DNA of 41,825 nt from Thermoproteota archaeon. GTDB lineage: Archaea > Thermoproteota > EX4484-205 > JAAOZP01. Below are positions 37,555 through 41,825 of this stretch, in pieces; positions within the stretch are counted from its first letter, which is position 1; each line of letters starts with the position of its first letter. Location of the stretch: contig JBNAVT010000020.1 of NCBI GenBank assembly GCA_049700215.1, positions 1 to 41,825 of the forward strand, given 5' to 3'. A model generated the notes under the pieces. The model had not been told where the DNA came from, did not search any database, and was given only the letters and a program-made list of their open reading frames with translations. A program made the position numbers and the translations under genes.

Positions 37555-38304
37555 CTAACCCAACCCCCATCTTATCCGTCTGATAGCTAAAATGAACGCA
37601 ATCATTGCATAGATGATGCTTATTAGCAAATTTGTTAGAATGTTTACAAGGGTGGAGCCGGTGATCATGGCCTTCAGTAATAAAGCAAGCGGGGTCGTAG
37701 GTACTAAATAGATAAGATACTGAAAAACCGTTGGAAAGTTCTCCATGGGAAGGAAAAGAGGATTAGCAAAAGTGAATATCATGGAGAGTATTGAGGTGAA
37801 ATTGTAAATCCATTCTTTTTCCAATACGTAAACTCCGATTAAGAAACCTACAGATAGGCAAGTTAGCCAGCCGGGTAAAGATACTATGAAGAGGAAAATG
37901 AGACTGGTAATCGGGATTTCCCCAGTGAACAAAGATAGCAAATAGTAAAACGGAATTAGAATGAGTAACCCACTACTGTTAAGAATTAAACTGTTTAACG
38001 CAATTCCCAAGGCGTAGGAAAACGGATGAATCGGCAAAGTTATAAAAATCGCCAATGTTCTAGATCGCTCGTCTGAAGCCATCCCTTGACCTATTACGGT
38101 TATAGCAGAAACCGCCGTAAAAAATATCACAACAGCTGAAAAAGTATAAGTTACGTTTGCAATACGAAGAACAAATATAGCGACTAAACTTACAAGAATA
38201 GGAAAAACTATAAGAGTTAAAAAACCTCCAAAACTTCTAAAAATCCATTTGCTCTTCATCACGGCTATTATTAAACCGTCTTGAAGTATCTTACTGTATC
38301 CCAT
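37555..38304 (-). CDS. ABC-2 type exporter permease (RiPP cluster)
   Basis: Six TM helices, DERSRTLAIFITLPI, LPMENFP...YLVPTT; overlaps the ATPase stop. Confidence 0.85.
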   Translation of the reverse strand: MGYSKILQDGLIIAVMKSKWIFRSFGGFLTLIVFPILVSLVAIFVLRIANVTYTFSAVVIFFTAVSAITVIGQGMASDERSRTLAIFITLPIHPFSYALGIALNSLILNSSGLLILIPFYYLLSLFTGEIPITSLIFLFIVSLPGWLTCLSVGFLIGVYVLEKEWIYNFTSILSMIFTFANPLFLPMENFPTVFQYLIYLVPTTPLALLLKAMITGSTLVNILTNLLISIIYAMIAFILAIRRIRWGLG

Positions 38305-39232
38305 CTTTTTCTCCCTCCATCATTTCTATATAGATATCTTCTAAAGAAATATGTGAAAAGATGAATTTTAGATTGTTTTGTTTTAGAAAACGGAACAATT
38401 CAAGCATGCTTTTTTCAGAAATCTCGGAAAATCTTAACTCAATAGCATCAGCATCTCTTATAATCTTAACTTCTTCTCCTTTTGCTACAAATATGTTTTC
38501 TATCTTCATAAAATCAACACTGCTCTCATATATGATGAGCTTATGCCGATACCCGACGCCTGTAATTATTTCTTTAGGCGACTTGCATAATATGAGACGG
38601 CCGTTTCTCATTATCCCAATTCTGTCCGCTATTCTTTCAGCCTCATCAACATAATGTGTGGTAAAGAGTATCGTAGTCCCCTTTTTCTTTAATTGTTCAA
38701 GGTGTTCAAGCATATTTTTACGCGCCACGGGATCTAGCCCAGCAGTAGGCTCATCCAATATAAGGATTCTAGGTTCATGGGCCAAGGCAGAGGCTATGAG
38801 AACACGTTTCTGAAGACCATTGGAAAGCGTGCGAACAAGACTCCTCCGATATTCTTCTAATTCCTGAATTTGGATCGCTTCTTCTGTAATTTTTAATGCT
38901 TGTTCCTTCGAGAACCCCCTGAGCCTCACTAAATAAAAAACGTGCTCTTCAACTGTTAAGTCAAAAAAGGGATGGGCACCTTGTGGTACCGCTCCTACAA
39001 TCTCCTTAATTTTAATCGGGTTTTTCAAAACATCGTAGCCCATGACGAAAAGCCTGCCGGAAGTTGGTCTAAGCTCTGTTGTAATCATTCTCGCGAAAGT
39101 GGTTTTCCCTGCCCCATTAGGTCCTAGAAGTACAAAAATTTCTTCATCTTTTACTTCAACGCTTACTTTATTATTTCCGATAGTCCCGTTAGGATACACT
39201 TTTGTAAGATCATGGGCCTCTATTGCATTCAT
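38291..39232 (-). CDS. ABC exporter ATP-binding subunit (RiPP cluster)
   Basis: GPNGAGKTT, LSNGLQKR, ILDEPTAGLDP, TTHYVDEAE; ATGA overlap with the rSAM stop. Confidence 0.93.
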   Translation of the reverse strand: MNAIEAHDLTKVYPNGTIGNNKVSVEVKDEEIFVLLGPNGAGKTTFARMITTELRPTSGRLFVMGYDVLKNPIKIKEIVGAVPQGAHPFFDLTVEEHVFYLVRLRGFSKEQALKITEEAIQIQELEEYRRSLVRTLSNGLQKRVLIASALAHEPRILILDEPTAGLDPVARKNMLEHLEQLKKKGTTILFTTHYVDEAERIADRIGIMRNGRLILCKSPKEIITGVGYRHKLIIYESSVDFMKIENIFVAKGEEVKIIRDADAIELRFSEISEKSMLELFRFLKQNNLKFIFSHISLEDIYIEMMEGEKDGIQ

Positions 39233-40620
39233 TTGAAACCACGTGCCATGCCTATTATTTTATCTGCATAAAGACTTAAGGCTTCTTGTAGAGTTACCTT
39301 TATTTCCTTTTTTACTTGACACTGGTCACCAGGAGTTATCCATCCTCTTATTTTCTGATACATACAGCCTCCGCCGCATAATAACATAAATTCACAGTTA
39401 ATACATTCAGACTGCTTTGTCACGTCTTTTTCCCAAACCTTTAAGTATTCTTCATTTAGGATTAAGTCTGGAACATATCTTCCGACGATCAACTCCTTTT
39501 GGCCAATTGCAAATGTGCAACTATATACATCTCCATAGGGGTCAAAAACATATGTATGTTTAATATTTGAAGGACAAAAGGCAAATAGAGGAGGAGTAAC
39601 TTTTCTATTTAATAAATTTATGATAACTTTTAAATATGTAATACCAACTGGTATATCGTGAAGTATATTATTTTTCTTTTTTAATAAGAAGATTTCTTTT
39701 ATCATTTCCGGAACACTTACTAACTTACAATGTTCTTCTATTATACATTTTCCATAATTCTGGGTTATTCCTAGGTACCATCTAAAGTTAGGTAAATCCA
39801 GCCAACCTCTAGAGTGAAAATCTTCTGCTAGATTATGTAAATGCGGCAGGTTATATAGATCTACATTCGTCCTAACACTCGTTCTTATTCCTCTTTTTAC
39901 GCATTCCTGTAAACCATTTATAATCTTGTCAAAAGTTCCTTCTCCATTTAGATACATCCGTCGTTTGTCATGAATAGTCCGAGGTCCATCTATAGTGGTT
40001 TGTATTTCATCAATCATCTGTTTGTATGCGTCAAAGATTGGCATATACTCTGCCAAAGTAGTGCCATTAGTAAATATAGAAACTTTCCAATTTAATGCGC
40101 TAGCTTTCTCGAAAATTTTTGTTACACTTTTCCATACAAGTATGTTGTCAAGTAAAGGTTCACCTCCAAAGAGAAATATCTCTGCCTGCTTTGAATTTCT
40201 CTCAGTAATTGATGACATAGCTTCAAATGCCTTTTCTACAAGATTTGACGTAAGAATTTGTGGTAATGATTTAATAGATGATGATTCATAACAATAAATA
40301 CATGCCAAATTACATAAATACGTTGGAATTATTACAAAGGTGAAGGGATTGCTCTTTATTCTATTCAAATATGCGCGATAGGCTTTTGAAAAAACTTCTT
40401 CTAATGATGAACTACTATGGCTAATGTATTCGCGTTCTTGCAGATATTTTACTAATTCTCCATTTGTAGCATTAGGTTGCTCTTCCTCTATTAATGATTC
40501 TATTTTTTCCTTTACTTCACTAGTAACAACATCGGCTGCACCATTAAGTGTATTTAGTATGAGGTAATAGTCCTCTTTTAAGGGAAATAAGAGTACAAAT
40601 TTATTTAAAAAATACTTCAT
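39229..40620 (-). CDS. Radical SAM/SPASM peptide maturase with N-terminal RRE-like domain
   Basis: CNLACIYC, FGGEPLL, TNG, TIDGP..HDKRR; seven-Cys SPASM C-x13-G-x4-C...C-x2-C-x5-C-x3-C...C; about 90-aa N-terminal extension (YYLILNTLNGAADVV). ATG 40620 or TTG 40629. Confidence 0.92.
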   Translation of the reverse strand: MKYFLNKFVLLFPLKEDYYLILNTLNGAADVVTSEVKEKIESLIEEEQPNATNGELVKYLQEREYISHSSSSLEEVFSKAYRAYLNRIKSNPFTFVIIPTYLCNLACIYCYESSSIKSLPQILTSNLVEKAFEAMSSITERNSKQAEIFLFGGEPLLDNILVWKSVTKIFEKASALNWKVSIFTNGTTLAEYMPIFDAYKQMIDEIQTTIDGPRTIHDKRRMYLNGEGTFDKIINGLQECVKRGIRTSVRTNVDLYNLPHLHNLAEDFHSRGWLDLPNFRWYLGITQNYGKCIIEEHCKLVSVPEMIKEIFLLKKKNNILHDIPVGITYLKVIINLLNRKVTPPLFAFCPSNIKHTYVFDPYGDVYSCTFAIGQKELIVGRYVPDLILNEEYLKVWEKDVTKQSECINCEFMLLCGGGCMYQKIRGWITPGDQCQVKKEIKVTLQEALSLYADKIIGMARGFK

Positions 40621-40638
40621 CGTTCTCAAGCGCGCGCG

Positions 40639-40827
40639 CTAATACGATACAATCACACAGATGAGAGGGGAGCAAGTTCCACCACAACCACCGCCATTCA
40701 TCCCACATATTATTGGAGAACACGCACTACCGCATAAAGGTTCTATTCCAGACGAGTCTTGGTTAGTCCATAAGTCTTCAGTAGGGATGAGAGGAAACAC
40801 ACCTAATGGGAAAGTTTTCTCCTCCAT
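40639..40827 (-). CDS. Putative RiPP precursor peptide (62 aa, six-Cys core)
   Basis: MEEKTFPLGVFPLIPTEDLWTNQDSSGIEPL-CGSACSPIICGMNGGGCGGTCSPLICVIVSY. AAAGGAGG upstream of ATG 40827; ends 18 nt before the maturase ATG. Confidence 0.85.
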   Translation of the reverse strand: MEEKTFPLGVFPLIPTEDLWTNQDSSGIEPLCGSACSPIICGMNGGGCGGTCSPLICVIVSY

Positions 40828-40856
40828 CTTCTCTCCGCCTCCTTTCTCCAAAGAAT

Positions 40857-40881
40857 AATATAAAAAGCGGCTTTTTATATT
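40857..40881. promoter_or_regulatory. 12-bp perfect inverted repeat over the precursor promoter
   Basis: AATATAAAAAGC-G-GCTTTTTATATT; each arm contains a TATA-like element. Confidence 0.55.
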
Positions 40882-41204
40882 TTTTTAACATATATAAAAT
40901 ATATTTTAGGATACGCTATTATCGTTTAAACTTCTATGTCGCTTTATTGTCACACGTCTTGAAAGCCTAGTTGCTATTCAGTCTTTTTCGCGTTCACTAA
41001 ATGGTATTGTGGAAGTGAAGAAGAACACGTGCTTGCGGCTTTTCCCAATCCTAGCCTTACTGTCAACCTTCCTTTCATCACCCTTAAATACTTACGCTTC
41101 CCTTCGGACTGCTTACGATGATAGTGGAGCATCAATTGGTTTCAACTTCATAAGGCTTAAAAGAACTGGTGTTTCGCCTTCACAGAGAGGAAGTTTAAGG
41201 CCGG

Positions 41205-41534
41205 ATGGATATGATTGGGATCTTGAGTCAGATTATTGTTAGTACCATTATAGTTGCTCCAGTGCTTTGGATCGCGGGTAGATTTTCGCAGAGCGCGCGC
41301 TATTTGGATAGCTGTCCTAGGGGTGGTCTTGGGTTCAATCGTCGGCGCTTTTCTCAAAGGCTGGGTCGCGGCTCTGATCACGTTTATAATTTGGCTGGCG
41401 CTTATCAAGCACTTCTTCGACTGCAGATGGCTGAAAGCCCTTGTAATAGCAGTTGTCGCAGCAGAATCTTCGCGGTTATAACCGTGGTTCTAGCTCTCGT
41501 CGGAATCTTACCACGTTCTTTAGACGTGGGATGA
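41205..41534 (+). pseudogene. Small membrane protein gene broken by two frameshifts
   Basis: QIIVSTIIVAPVLWIAGR | AIWIAVLGVVLGSIVGAFLKGWVAALITFIIWLALIKHFFDCRWLKALVIAVVAA | IFAVITVVLALVGI. Continuous hydrophobic segments switch frame near 41278 and 41462. Confidence 0.65.
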
Positions 41535-41584
41535 ATGGCGTCGATAGGTTTAAATAGGAGATTTTCCCATATTAGCTTTAGGCG

Positions 41585-41754
41585 AGTCGCTCCGAGTCGG
41601 AGTAATAGGTAAGTGGTTAGAACATAAACAAGCGGGGCATAGGCTATACGCCTATGCCAGGGGCTGCCATGACACAGCCCAGAACCCGATAGGATGAGGC
41701 ATAAAGTGCTAACGAATCGGGAACCCCAACCCTTCAGGGGTGGGAGGATGTCAG
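41585..41754 (+). mobile_element. IS200/IS605-family (TnpB) right-end remnant, omega-RNA-like
   Basis: Terminal hairpin GAACCCCAACCCTTCAGGGGTGGGAGGATGTCAG typical of IS605/IS1341 right ends, preceded by hairpins GGCATAGGC-TATAC-GCCTATGCC and GGGCTG-N8-CAGCCC; no tnpA/tnpB ORF. Confidence 0.6.
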
Positions 41755-41825
41755 ATGACGGGTTATCTACTGTTCTTCGAAGCTTATTTCCCAGTACAAA
41801 GGGTTCTCGCCGGAAATCATTGGAA

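Noticed and set aside
40661-40858. 65-aa Pro-rich plus-strand ORF
   Set aside because: It is the antisense of the Gly/Cys-rich precursor, which has the RBS and the operon context.
41170-41200. Possible degenerate IS605 end (TTTCGCCTTCACAGAGAGGAAGTTTAA)
   Set aside because: Pairing is too weak to support a call, so I cannot claim a composite element around the pseudogene.
37402-41200. att-type direct repeats or an integrase bounding the RiPP island
   Set aside because: I found no duplicated tRNA fragment or recombinase gene by eye, and the island lies 5' rather than 3' of the tRNA.
1-41825. CRISPR array or rRNA
   Set aside because: No regularly spaced direct repeats and no rRNA-like sequence were seen.

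Overview
Archaeal chromosomal window. Gene content, AGGAGGTGA-type ribosome sites, TATA promoters and BHB-intron tRNAs point to a TACK-type archaeon; the exact lineage cannot be fixed from sequence. From left to right it holds: (i) surface-protein genes and a glycosylation-type neighbourhood (hexapeptide acyltransferase, ribophorin-I-like protein, nucleotide-sugar dehydrogenase, DUF354, AglH/GPT, GT-C-like membrane protein); (ii) housekeeping genes (thiL, tiaS, PAC2-like chaperone, DNA ligase, cobO with B12-dependent nrdJ); (iii) five tRNAs (Gln-TTG, Thr-CGT, Leu-CAA, Gly-GCC, Ser-GCT) carrying six introns, three at non-canonical positions; (iv) a BlaI/BlaR-type pair divergent from a NEW3-domain/ABC operon, with visible TAC(G/T)AC-N5-GTAGTA operators; (v) several frameshifted genes (TGT-like, parvulin, small membrane protein) and an orphan IS200/IS605 right end. 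The best candidate for an undescribed system is an AT-rich four-gene island next to tRNA-Ser (37555-40827, minus strand). It encodes a 62-aa precursor whose core carries a duplicated C-x3-C-SP-x-I-C motif, a radical SAM/SPASM maturase and a two-component ABC exporter, i.e. a putative archaeal radical-SAM RiPP (thioether-crosslinked peptide) pathway. All family calls come from motif recognition by eye; no searches were run.
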